A stretch of DNA of 48,023 bases from Parcubacteria group bacterium Gr01-1014_20 (lineage in GTDB: Bacteria > Patescibacteriota > Minisyncoccia > UBA6257 > 2-01-FULL-56-20). Every line of letters starts with the position of its first letter. The stretch's first letter is position 1. The notes under the pieces were generated by a model. It worked only from the letters and a program-made list of their open reading frames with translations. It was not told the DNA's origin and ran no database searches. The stretch covers positions 1 through 48,023 of the forward strand of contig VMFW01000004.1 in the NCBI GenBank assembly GCA_007376265.1, given 5' to 3'. Positions 25,375 through 33,461 of the stretch are shown piece after piece. The translations under genes and the position numbers were made by a program.

Positions 25375-25408
25375 CCGCCGAAGACTTTTTTGTCTTCGGC
25401 GGTTTTTC
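25375..25408 (+). terminator. intrinsic terminator
   Basis: ccgccgaagac tttttt gtcttcggcgg, followed by TTTTT. Confidence 0.85.
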
Positions 25409-25414
25409 TTTGTG

Positions 25415-25443
25415 TTGACAAAGGCAGCTAGTGAAGCTATCTT
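25415..25443 (+). promoter_or_regulatory. sigma70-like promoter for csrA
   Basis: TTGACA (25415-25420), 17 nt, TATCTT (25438-25443). Confidence 0.5.
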
Positions 25444-25491
25444 AATTCAAGAATCTCAATTCAAACTAGGAAACCCAAGCCAGGAGGGCCA

Positions 25492-25680
25492 GTGCTTATT
25501 CTCACTCGAAAGCCCGGTGAATCGATAATCATCGATGGTGTCACGAAGGTTGTCGTTCTCGGCTTTCAAGGTAGTCAGGTCAAGCTCGGCATAGATTCTC
25601 CTCGGGACATTGAAGTTCACCGCGAAGAGGTTTATCTTAAGATTCAGAAACAAAATAAAGAACCTCATGCCCAGCACTAA
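25492..25680 (+). CDS. csrA: carbon storage regulator CsrA (RNA-binding translational regulator)
   Basis: GTG start after a GGAGGG SD. MLILTRKPGESIIIDG...VVLGFQGSQVKLGIDSPRDIEVHREEVYLKIQ matches the CsrA fold signature. Confidence 0.9.
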   Translation: MLILTRKPGESIIIDGVTKVVVLGFQGSQVKLGIDSPRDIEVHREEVYLKIQKQNKEPHAQH

Positions 25681-25696
25681 GTTGCTGGGCTTTTTT
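25669..25696 (+). terminator. intrinsic terminator overlapping the csrA stop
   Basis: gcccagca pairs with tgctgggc, followed by T6. Confidence 0.85.
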
Positions 25697-25722
25697 GACC
25701 TTTTAAAAATGTTTAGTATAAT
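25695..25722 (+). promoter_or_regulatory. sigma70-like promoter for the NTPase-CYTH gene
   Basis: TTGACC (25695-25700), 16 nt, TATAAT (25717-25722). Confidence 0.7.
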
Positions 25723-25753
25723 TCCGACGGAAACTTAAAACAAAGGAGAACCT

Positions 25754-26914
25754 GTGTCGATAAGCAAACCCCCTGTTCCGAAGGTAGTTTTGACTGGTGG
25801 TCCCTGTTCGGGGAAATCGAAAGGGCTAGCCATGCTCGTTCGAAAGCTGGGCGAGATGGGTTACACCGTTATGCTTGTTCCAGAAGTTGCCTCTGATCTT
25901 TTTGGGCGAGGAGTTAAGCTGAGTGAGGTTTTGAGAGACTCTCGAACTTGGGCTGAGTTTCAAAGGATCATTTTGAAAGCCCAGTTTAATTCCGAAAAAG
26001 TATCAAAACAGTTAATCGATATTCATCCAGGCGACCGTAAGGTTATTATCTGTGATCGAGGCGCCATGGACGGTATGGCCTACGTTGACCCAGATCTATT
26101 CAAAAAGATCGCCGCCAAAGCCGGCATTCCCTCCATCTCTCAAGTTCGTGATCGTTATCATGGCGTCATTCATCTGGTCACTGCGGCAATCGGGGCGGAA
26201 GAGTTCTACAATCTCAATAACCCTAGTCGCCACGAAACGATCGAAGAAGCCGCCGAGCTTGATGGTCGAACTCTAGCGGCCTGGACTGGTCATGAACATC
26301 TCTTTATTGTCGGCAATCGTGACAACGGAACCAAGGTCCTTTTTCGGAAGAAGATGACCAATCTTCTGTCGGCCGTTTGTAAAATTCTCGGTATTCCCGT
26401 GCCAATAGAAATTGAAAAAAAATACCTGCTTTCACTAGATGCGACTCCTCCATTCGGGTCGGTGGCTTTTGATATCACCCAGACTTACCTGAATAGGCTG
26501 AGTCTAGACATCGAAAGGCGAGTTCGTCGACGTGTGCCTGTTGATCACAACTCCACCGAGGGAACCCTCTATTTTTATACCGAAAAGGAGTTGGTTGATA
26601 AAAATAGTCGCAAAGAACGCTACGAAGATGAGAAGATGATCAGCGAGGATGCCTACCTCAATCTCCTTATAGAAAAAGATCCCGTCCTTACAGATGTCAT
26701 CAAGCGGCGTTTCTGTTTTCCCTGGGAAAATCAGTACTTCCAGCTCGACATCATCTCGGAACCATTGCCAGTCGCCCTCCTCGAAATCGAACTCACCGAC
26801 AAACGTAGGATTCCTAGCTTACCCCCATTTCTTCCAATCCTTCGAGAAGTAACCGAGGATAAAAGATTCTCGAATCACGGTATTGCATCGGGAATCTGTC
26901 CTGGCTACAAATAA
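25754..26914 (+). CDS. P-loop NTPase (AAA_28/NadR-like) fused to CYTH triphosphate-tunnel domain
   Basis: GTG start with an AAAGGAG SD. N-terminal Walker A is GGPCSGKS, with VIICDRGAMDG as Walker B. The C-terminal half begins with the ExExK signature (IEIEKKYLL) and also carries ERRVRRR, LLEIELT and EVTEDKRFSN. Confidence 0.85.
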   Translation: MSISKPPVPKVVLTGGPCSGKSKGLAMLVRKLGEMGYTVMLVPEVASDLFGRGVKLSEVLRDSRTWAEFQRIILKAQFNSEKVSKQLIDIHPGDRKVIICDRGAMDGMAYVDPDLFKKIAAKAGIPSISQVRDRYHGVIHLVTAAIGAEEFYNLNNPSRHETIEEAAELDGRTLAAWTGHEHLFIVGNRDNGTKVLFRKKMTNLLSAVCKILGIPVPIEIEKKYLLSLDATPPFGSVAFDITQTYLNRLSLDIERRVRRRVPVDHNSTEGTLYFYTEKELVDKNSRKERYEDEKMISEDAYLNLLIEKDPVLTDVIKRRFCFPWENQYFQLDIISEPLPVALLEIELTDKRRIPSLPPFLPILREVTEDKRFSNHGIASGICPGYK

Positions 26915-26917
26915 AAC

Positions 26918-26955
26918 AAAGCCCCACGTATTTTTTGTGGGGCTTTCTTCTTTTT
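26918..26955. terminator. bidirectional intrinsic terminator
   Basis: gccccac (26921-26927) pairs with gtggggc (26937-26943). The stem is flanked by A-rich and T-rich tracts. Confidence 0.7.
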
Positions 26956-27205
26956 AAATTCCGCGCCGATCGGCAAGAATTTTTTCTCGCAGTGCATAGC
27001 TTTGGGGAGTTATGCTTGCCACTGGCTCAGTAGGGGCTTGTCCGCTCGCTTTTTTCACCTGAAACCAGGGTAGTTGGATAATTCTCCCGCTGAAAAAATC
27101 ACGCCAATTCCCATTTTCGTCAATTCGATACAGCGACGTACAAACCTCCTTGTTTCTAGGTTAAACTTCTGCGATAATAGTGCCACAATTTAGTGAAATG
27201 TGCAA

Positions 27206-28462
27206 ATGAAACCCAGCTATCAAAACCTACCTTCCACACCTGGCGTTTATATTATGAAGGGCGCTAAGGGAGAAATTTTATACATCGGCAAGGCTGTCAA
27301 TCTAAAACGAAGGGTTTCAAGCTATTTTCTCCGAGCGCACGACTATCGACTTGAAAAGCTCGTGAGTTTGATTAAGGAAATTGATCACCTGAAAACTGAC
27401 AGCGGCCTCGAAGCCCTCATTCTAGAATCCGAATTGATAAAAAAGCATCAGCCACCTTTTAATGTTCTCGAAAAAGACGACAAGAGCTTTCTTTACGTCG
27501 CCATTACAAAAGAGAAATTTCCCCGCGTACTCCTAGTTCGTGGTAAAGACAGGGCACAAGGTGAGATTCATTCAAACCCAAAGTTTAAAACCCCTAAGCT
27601 TTACTACGGCCCGTTCACTTCCGCCGTTTCTCTCCGCGAAGCCTTAAAAATCATTCGGCGAATTTTCCCCTACAGCGTACACGAACCAGGTAAAATTTAC
27701 CCGAGGCCATGTTTCGACTATTCGATTGGCCAGTGCCCGGGGGTTTGCGCAAATTTAATCACTAAAAAAGACTACGCCAAAACCATCCGAAACATTCGTC
27801 TTTTTTTTACCGGCAAAAAACTTCAAATTCTTAAATCCCTTGAAAAGGAAATGAAGCAGGCGAGTAAAGCTTTAGAATTCGAAAAGGCGGGAAAAATTCG
27901 CCACCAGATGTTTGCCCTCAAGCACATCCAAGACGTTGCCTTCATTGCTGAGGATTCTCACTTAAAACCCATAACCCATAACCCAGGACTCAACTTTCGC
28001 ATTGAAGGCTACGACATCTCAAACACCTCCGGCACCTCCGCTACCGGCTCAATGGTTGTCTTTTCCGCCAAGGGAGGATATGTCTCCGGTGGAGAAAGCT
28101 TTAAACCCGATAAAAATCAGTATCGAAAATTTAGAATTCGTTCGATAAAAAGCCCAGACGATACAGGTATGTTACGAGAAGTTCTTTCCCGGCGTTTGGA
28201 GCATCGAGACTGGACTTTTCCTAATTTAATTTTAATAGATGGTGGTAGGGGACAGATCAATGCCGCTAAATCAGTCCTAGCGGAAGCCAGGATCAAGATT
28301 CCGGTCGTCGGTATTGTCAAGGGCCCGGAACGTAAACGCAACGACATCATCGGCATCCTCCCGAAAGGTGTAGAAAAAAAGACGTTAATCCAGGTTCGCG
28401 ACGAAGCCCATCGATTTGCGATTAGTTACCACAAGAAACTTCGAGGCGTCATTACTCGGTAA
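27206..28462 (+). CDS. uvrC: excinuclease ABC subunit C, minimal form without C-terminal (HhH)2 domain
   Basis: GIY-YIG motifs are present (GVYIMKGAKGEILYIGKA, LKRRVSSY), followed by a UVR domain (ALEFEKAGKIRHQMFALKHI) and an Endo V-like domain (IEGYDISNTSG...RDEAHRFAISYHKK). The protein ends right after this. An alternative GTG start lies at 27200. Confidence 0.93.
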   Translation: MKPSYQNLPSTPGVYIMKGAKGEILYIGKAVNLKRRVSSYFLRAHDYRLEKLVSLIKEIDHLKTDSGLEALILESELIKKHQPPFNVLEKDDKSFLYVAITKEKFPRVLLVRGKDRAQGEIHSNPKFKTPKLYYGPFTSAVSLREALKIIRRIFPYSVHEPGKIYPRPCFDYSIGQCPGVCANLITKKDYAKTIRNIRLFFTGKKLQILKSLEKEMKQASKALEFEKAGKIRHQMFALKHIQDVAFIAEDSHLKPITHNPGLNFRIEGYDISNTSGTSATGSMVVFSAKGGYVSGGESFKPDKNQYRKFRIRSIKSPDDTGMLREVLSRRLEHRDWTFPNLILIDGGRGQINAAKSVLAEARIKIPVVGIVKGPERKRNDIIGILPKGVEKKTLIQVRDEAHRFAISYHKKLRGVITR

Positions 28463-28490
28463 TTTTTGAAAAACATGATATAATACCGAG

Positions 28491-28979
28491 ATGGAGAATA
28501 AACCTCACGAAAAAACCAGCCCTAAGGATGTTTTTACACACCTTCTCGCTATCATCACCCTCTACACAAGCGCTGGTACCTTTATTAACCTACTTTTCAA
28601 GTACATCAACCTCGGTTTTCCGGATGCGCTCGACTTTCGAGATTATTGGAGTCGGACGGCAGAATTTTCTAGCATCCGTTTCGCCATTGCCACCCTCGTT
28701 ATTGTTTTCCCAGTATATTTGATTACCACGAGGTTTCTGTCCAAAAGTTACGACCGAACCCCCGAAAAAAGAAATCTAAGAATTCGGAAATGGTTAATCT
28801 ATCTCACACTTTTTCTAACAGCCGTCACCATCATCGGTGACTTAGTCGCATTGGTTAATAATCTTTTAGGAGGGGATCTAACTATTCGCTTTATCCTCAA
28901 AGTCCTCACTGTTCTCTTCGTCGCCGGATCAGTGTTTTTCTACTACTACGAAGACCTAAAAAAACACAAAACAGAATGA
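28491..28979 (+). CDS. DUF5671-like membrane protein
   Basis: SPKDVFTHLLAIITLYTSAGTFINLLFKYINLGFPDAL followed by four TM helices. The family is common in CPR genomes (recalled, not searched). Confidence 0.7.
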   Translation: MENKPHEKTSPKDVFTHLLAIITLYTSAGTFINLLFKYINLGFPDALDFRDYWSRTAEFSSIRFAIATLVIVFPVYLITTRFLSKSYDRTPEKRNLRIRKWLIYLTLFLTAVTIIGDLVALVNNLLGGDLTIRFILKVLTVLFVAGSVFFYYYEDLKKHKTE

Positions 28980-29458
28980 AGTATTTCATTTATGCCGTAA
29001 TCACAATCGTTGGCATCGCGGTTATCGCCGGGTTTTTTATTGTGGGCTCGCCTGGGTTACAAAGACTAAGACGTTTAGACGAAACGAGAATCAGCGATCT
29101 CCAATCAATTCAAAGCGAAGTTATTTTTTACTGGCAGAGCAAAGAAAAACTCCCTGCCAAACTCGAGGATCTAACCGACCAAGTCCGGGGTTATAAAGCT
29201 CCCAGCGATCCGGAGACCAACTTGTCGTATGAGTACGAAATAAAGGGAGAAAAAACCTTTGCGCTCTGCGCCAATTTTTCCCTGAGTTTAGGTCCAGAAG
29301 GAAACAACGCTGCCATACCAATCCCAGCCAGAGGATATTCAAAGCCCGGTTTTGCTGAAGTGAATTGGAACTGGGAACACACCGAAGGACGATCCTGTTT
29401 TGAAAGAACCATTGATGCCGACTACTTCCCGCTTATCAAAGATCAAAAAACCCCGTAA
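28976..29458 (+). CDS. membrane-anchored pilin-like/pseudopilin-like protein
   Basis: ATGA overlap with the upstream gene. An N-terminal TM is followed by RRLDETRISDLQSIQSEVIFYWQSKEKLPAKLEDL, which resembles the pilin-like RDxxRxxDL...YP..L helix. Confidence 0.55.
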   Translation: MKYFIYAVITIVGIAVIAGFFIVGSPGLQRLRRLDETRISDLQSIQSEVIFYWQSKEKLPAKLEDLTDQVRGYKAPSDPETNLSYEYEIKGEKTFALCANFSLSLGPEGNNAAIPIPARGYSKPGFAEVNWNWEHTEGRSCFERTIDADYFPLIKDQKTP

Positions 29459-29460
29459 CA

Positions 29461-29489
29461 AAAAAGCCACGGTTCAAAACGTGGCTTTT
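29461..29489. terminator. bidirectional intrinsic terminator
   Basis: aaaaagccacg gttcaaaa cgtggctttt. Confidence 0.8.
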
Positions 29490-29494
29490 AAAAT

Positions 29495-29764
29495 CTACTC
29501 TCGACGCCCAGTCCTTCCTCTTCCCGCCGAAAGCGCAGTGAGTATTCGTCGGCGAGCCGCCAGATCCTTTAGGGTCTCCTTTGGCTCTTTCCCCCACGGT
29601 TTGGCCGCTGCGATTCGACACAAATCCCCACCGGAAGCTTCTCGGATAATGGCGTTCATTTCGTCGAATGCCGCCGACCTAGTACTTTCCGTGGAGCCAC
29701 TCTTTAAAACAGAGTAACTATCAACAAAGCGCCTCACGAGATCGACTTGATTAGTTGGACCCAA
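29495..29764 (-). CDS. hypothetical protein (89 aa), G/C-rich
   Basis: TTG start 5 nt after an AAGGAGG SD, with a terminator downstream. No motif was recognised. The C-terminus is Arg-rich. Confidence 0.5.
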   Translation of the reverse strand: MGPTNQVDLVRRFVDSYSVLKSGSTESTRSAAFDEMNAIIREASGGDLCRIAAAKPWGKEPKETLKDLAARRRILTALSAGRGRTGRRE

Positions 29765-29815
29765 AACACCCTCCTTCTTGTTAAATGACCGCTCCCTTTA
29801 TATCATAAAACCGAA

Positions 29816-30379
29816 ATGATTTTCAAATCGTTCCACGCAAGCACTATTAAGGTTTTAAAAAACGGCGGAGTTGGAGTTATTCCAACCGACACCATCTATG
29901 GCATTGTCGGCTCAGCGTTCAACAAAAAAACCGTCGAGCGTATTTACAAACTCCGTCAACGTAACCTCAAAAAACCGATGATAGTTTTATTTGGCCAAAT
30001 TTCCGATCTCAAAAAATTCGGCATTCCACTAAAAACTAAGAACTATAACCTAGAATCTGAAACTTGGCCTTCAAAAACAAGCATAGTTTTTTCGGCACCA
30101 GGCGCCAAGTTCCGCTACCTTCATCGCGGCGGGAAAACCCTTGCCTTCCGCCTACCGAAGCTCAAAAAGCTTCGCGAGTTTTTGAAAAAGACCGGTCCTC
30201 TCGTTGCCCCAAGCGCTAACCGACAAGGGGAACCAACCGCCAAAACTATCAGGCAAGCTCAAAAATATTTTGGTAGCCAAGTCAATTTCTACATAGATGT
30301 CGGAAAGTTGAGTTCGAAACCCTCACGACTAATTAGAATCACTCGCTCGGGATCGAGAGTTGAGTATCCCCGAAAATAA
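29816..30379 (+). CDS. tsaC: L-threonylcarbamoyladenylate synthase (YrdC/TsaC family)
   Basis: GGVGVIPTDTIYGIVGSAFNKKTVERIYKLRQRNLKKPMIVL and LVAPSANRQGEP motifs. Confidence 0.85.
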   Translation: MIFKSFHASTIKVLKNGGVGVIPTDTIYGIVGSAFNKKTVERIYKLRQRNLKKPMIVLFGQISDLKKFGIPLKTKNYNLESETWPSKTSIVFSAPGAKFRYLHRGGKTLAFRLPKLKKLREFLKKTGPLVAPSANRQGEPTAKTIRQAQKYFGSQVNFYIDVGKLSSKPSRLIRITRSGSRVEYPRK

Positions 30380-30382
30380 AAA

Positions 30383-30404
30383 AAGGACCACGAAAGTGGT
30401 CCTT
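30383..30404 (-). terminator. hairpin terminator (GAAA tetraloop) between convergent genes
   Basis: aaggaccac gaaa gtggtcctt. A long T-run follows on the minus strand. Confidence 0.75.
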
Positions 30405-30419
30405 AAAAAAAAGTATCGG

Positions 30420-31595
30420 TTACACATCGACAAAGGTTGGCAGTTCGTGCTTTATTTCGCAAAAAGCGAAAGCGGCTGTCAGGCTTCCTCCCATTGCTCC
30501 CAAGGCAAGCTTTTTAGGAGGGCTCGTCACGGGTTGAAGCTTAAATCCATTTTTAGCTAAGGCTAAGGGAACGGAAGCCGAGGTTGTATTGGCAAATTCT
30601 CCCCCAGCATCCAACACTTCTCCCGTGAATCCCTTCGTTCGCCACACCTCAACAATTGGCCTGACTAATTGAGCCAGGTTCGCTTCATGAAAACTCACAA
30701 GATCCAGGTCGGCATAACCCCAGCCAGTTTGTTCTAAAACATCGTCCATCATTTGCCCACCGACTGTTGAGAGAACCAAATCCTTAACTAGTGGCCCGTT
30801 CATTCCCAGCTTATCGAGTTGCTCGATAATATCGTCACCGGAGGAAATCGGATTTTTGGAGCCACCCTTGGGGGTTAGTATCGCTTCCCAGTGTTGACCG
30901 TCCATGTAGGAGAAAAATCGCTTGCTCCCAAACCAATCCTGCTCATCGGGAACGGCCACGCACAGAGTTGCTGTTCCAGCATCACCCAAAACGGTCGCAA
31001 AAGCTCTATCCTTCCAGTTGATTGTAGTGCTCATTGCGTCCGCTCCAACGAGGAGAACGCAACGACACAAACCAGACCGGATAAGCGCGTACACAAAGGA
31101 GAGTGACTCGACCCAAGTACAGCAGGCGAGAGAACTATCCAGCCCAAAAACACAATTAGCTCTTCCGTTTCTTTGGGTAGGTATTTTGAGGCGATATTGG
31201 AGAAGATTCGCGTCTGGCGGACTGTTTTTATATGACGGGGTGACAGTTCCAAAAACAATCCCGTCAATTTGCGCAACATCCAAGTTCAGGCCCGCAATCA
31301 GGTTTTTAGAAGCCCTCTCGGCTAGATCAATCGTCCCTTCGCCCGGGCTGGCAAAACGTCGGCTTTTAAAGCCGATAAATCTTTGAATCCACCGGTCGCT
31401 AGTCTTGAATTGGGCTTTCTCGTCATCCGTAAGACCCCCACCCGTAAGCCTCATTCTCCGTTCTTCAGCCTCTGCCATTGCCGTCTGTAGCATTCTCGCT
31501 ACGTCATCATTTGAAAAAACGTTTTTTGGCGCATAAGCCGCGATTCCAGCTACTCTCATACCCTGCATTTGTCCTCCGGCGCTTATGGTTTCCAA
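30420..31595 (-). CDS. 3-oxoacyl-ACP synthase III (FabH/KAS III)-like thiolase-fold condensing enzyme
   Basis: Cys-His-Asn triad contexts: SSLACCTWVESL, FHEANLAQL, FANTTSASVPLAL. An N-terminal insertion of about 30 aa precedes SDRWIQRFIGFKSRR. The start is uncertain (TTG at 31595 or ATG at 31568/31559). Confidence 0.85.
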   Translation of the reverse strand: METISAGGQMQGMRVAGIAAYAPKNVFSNDDVARMLQTAMAEAEERRMRLTGGGLTDDEKAQFKTSDRWIQRFIGFKSRRFASPGEGTIDLAERASKNLIAGLNLDVAQIDGIVFGTVTPSYKNSPPDANLLQYRLKIPTQRNGRANCVFGLDSSLACCTWVESLSFVYALIRSGLCRCVLLVGADAMSTTINWKDRAFATVLGDAGTATLCVAVPDEQDWFGSKRFFSYMDGQHWEAILTPKGGSKNPISSGDDIIEQLDKLGMNGPLVKDLVLSTVGGQMMDDVLEQTGWGYADLDLVSFHEANLAQLVRPIVEVWRTKGFTGEVLDAGGEFANTTSASVPLALAKNGFKLQPVTSPPKKLALGAMGGSLTAAFAFCEIKHELPTFVDV

Positions 31596-31678
31596 GTCTC
31601 CCCGTGTAGTAGAGCTAAATGAAGTTTATTACGCTTTAAGAATGTGTCAAACAAAACTTTCTGATATAATTTAGAGCA

Positions 31679-33334
31679 ATGCTAGTAGATGAAATAAAAA
31701 AAATCGTTAAGGGCGATGTCCTGGTAGATGAAAAAACCCTAGGGGAGTACAGCGAAGACGCGAGTATCTTCAAAATTAAACCGGAAGTGGTAGTTTTTCC
31801 AAAAAACACGGAAGACATTAAAAACCTTGTTAAGTTTGTAGCCTCAAAAAAGAAAAAGGACAAGCATATTTCCATTTCACCTCGCTCGGCCGGTACCGAC
31901 ATGACGGGCGGATCACTTACAGAATCTATCGTGCTTGGATTCACGCGGTATCTAAACCACGTCAAAGAAATAAAACGCGAAGGAAGCGGTGGTTATGCCT
32001 TAACCGAGCCAGGAGTCTTCTATCGTGATTTTGAACTTGAAACCCTAAAAAAGGGCTTGATCTACCCACCCTACCCAGCTTCGCGGGAGCTTTGCGCGAT
32101 GGGTGGGATCGTAGCTAATAATTCCGCGGGTGAAAAGTCTCTTTCCCTCGGAGAAGCAAAAGACTACATTCTTGGATTAAAAGTCGTTCTCGGAGATGGT
32201 AATGAGTATACTTTCGGGCCCCTCAAAGAGGCAGAACTAAAGAAAAAAATAAAACTGAAAACTTTCGAGGGGAAAATCCACAAGCAACTCTTTGCTCTCA
32301 TAAAAAAGAACGAAAAAATTATTCAAACCTCCGAACCAAAAGTCTCAAAGAATTCCTCGGGATATTTTTTGTGGAATGTCTGGAAAGGCGGCGTTTTTGA
32401 CATTAACCAGTTACTCGTGGGTTCGCAAGGCACGCTTGGCATTATCACCGAAGCTAAATTAAGGCTCACTAAAGTCGAACCTCATTCCCGCATGGTTGTG
32501 GTTTTTCTGAAGGATTTAAAACCGCTTGGCGATATCGTCAACACTATTTTAGAGTTCAAACCCGAAACCTTAGAGTGCTACGACAACAAAACTCTTATGC
32601 TTGCATTTAAATTTCTACCAAGTCTCATTAAATCTTTATTAGCTAAACGGCAAAATTTATTCAAGCTATTTTTTCAATTTCTGCCGGATTTTTGGGTTCT
32701 CTTAACCTCCGGCTTTTCAAAACTGGTTTTACTTGCGGAATTCTCCGGCGAGAATGAAAACCAGGTTATTAATTCATCGAAACTTTTATTAAGTAAGATA
32801 AAAAGCCAAGGATTCGAAGCGCGACGAACCAAAAGCAAGGACGAGGGAGAAAAATACTGGACGATTCGCCGAGAAAGTTTTAATTTACTTCGAAAAAAAG
32901 TGAAGAACCGCCACACCGCCCCGTTCATTGACGATGTCATCGTAAACCCTAAAGACATGCCCGAGTTTCTACCGCGCCTAAATGCCCTCGTTGAAAAATA
33001 TAAAGAGCTAAACTACACCATCGCTGGTCATGCCGGGGACGGTAATTTTCACATTATTCCGTTGGCGGATTTCAAAAACCCCGAACTAAAAAAAGTCATT
33101 CAAAAACTTTCAGGAGAAGTTTACGATCTAGTCAGGGAATTCGGTGGCTCGATTACTGCCGAGCACAACGACGGCCTAGTCAGAACACCGTATCTTTCAA
33201 AAATGTATTCGCCTAAAATGATCAAGCTTTTTGAAGAAGTTAAGAAAATATTCGACCCCCAAAGTATCTTTAACCCCGGAAAAAAAGTCAACGGAAACTT
33301 AAAATATGGACTTGACCACCTAAAGAAGGAATAA
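31679..33334 (+). CDS. FAD-linked oxidase (GlcD/D-lactate dehydrogenase-like, PCMH-type FAD binding)
   Basis: VVFPKNTEDIKNLVKF, PRSAGTDMTGGSL, and a C-terminal FAD-oxidase_C region (GHAGDGNFHI, GGSITAEHNDGL). Confidence 0.85.
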   Translation: MLVDEIKKIVKGDVLVDEKTLGEYSEDASIFKIKPEVVVFPKNTEDIKNLVKFVASKKKKDKHISISPRSAGTDMTGGSLTESIVLGFTRYLNHVKEIKREGSGGYALTEPGVFYRDFELETLKKGLIYPPYPASRELCAMGGIVANNSAGEKSLSLGEAKDYILGLKVVLGDGNEYTFGPLKEAELKKKIKLKTFEGKIHKQLFALIKKNEKIIQTSEPKVSKNSSGYFLWNVWKGGVFDINQLLVGSQGTLGIITEAKLRLTKVEPHSRMVVVFLKDLKPLGDIVNTILEFKPETLECYDNKTLMLAFKFLPSLIKSLLAKRQNLFKLFFQFLPDFWVLLTSGFSKLVLLAEFSGENENQVINSSKLLLSKIKSQGFEARRTKSKDEGEKYWTIRRESFNLLRKKVKNRHTAPFIDDVIVNPKDMPEFLPRLNALVEKYKELNYTIAGHAGDGNFHIIPLADFKNPELKKVIQKLSGEVYDLVREFGGSITAEHNDGLVRTPYLSKMYSPKMIKLFEEVKKIFDPQSIFNPGKKVNGNLKYGLDHLKKE

Positions 33335-33345
33335 TATAAAGCCCA

Positions 33346-33374
33346 TTGACAATCTCAAAACTGAAACTTAAAAT
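33346..33374 (+). promoter_or_regulatory. near-consensus sigma70 promoter
   Basis: TTGACA (33346-33351), 17 nt, TAAAAT (33369-33374). Confidence 0.7.
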
Positions 33375-33398
33375 TACAGGAGACTAAGCAGTCCGTTT

Positions 33399-33418
33399 GC
33401 TCCCCGAGGGGAGTTTTT
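33399..33418 (+). terminator. short terminator-like hairpin within the leader (possible attenuator)
   Basis: gctccc cgag gggag followed by TTTTT. It lies about 25 nt downstream of the -10 and 44 nt before the ATG at 33462. Confidence 0.35.
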
Positions 33419-33461
33419 AATCTGAAAGGTCGAGGATCATTAAACAAATCATTACATTCTT

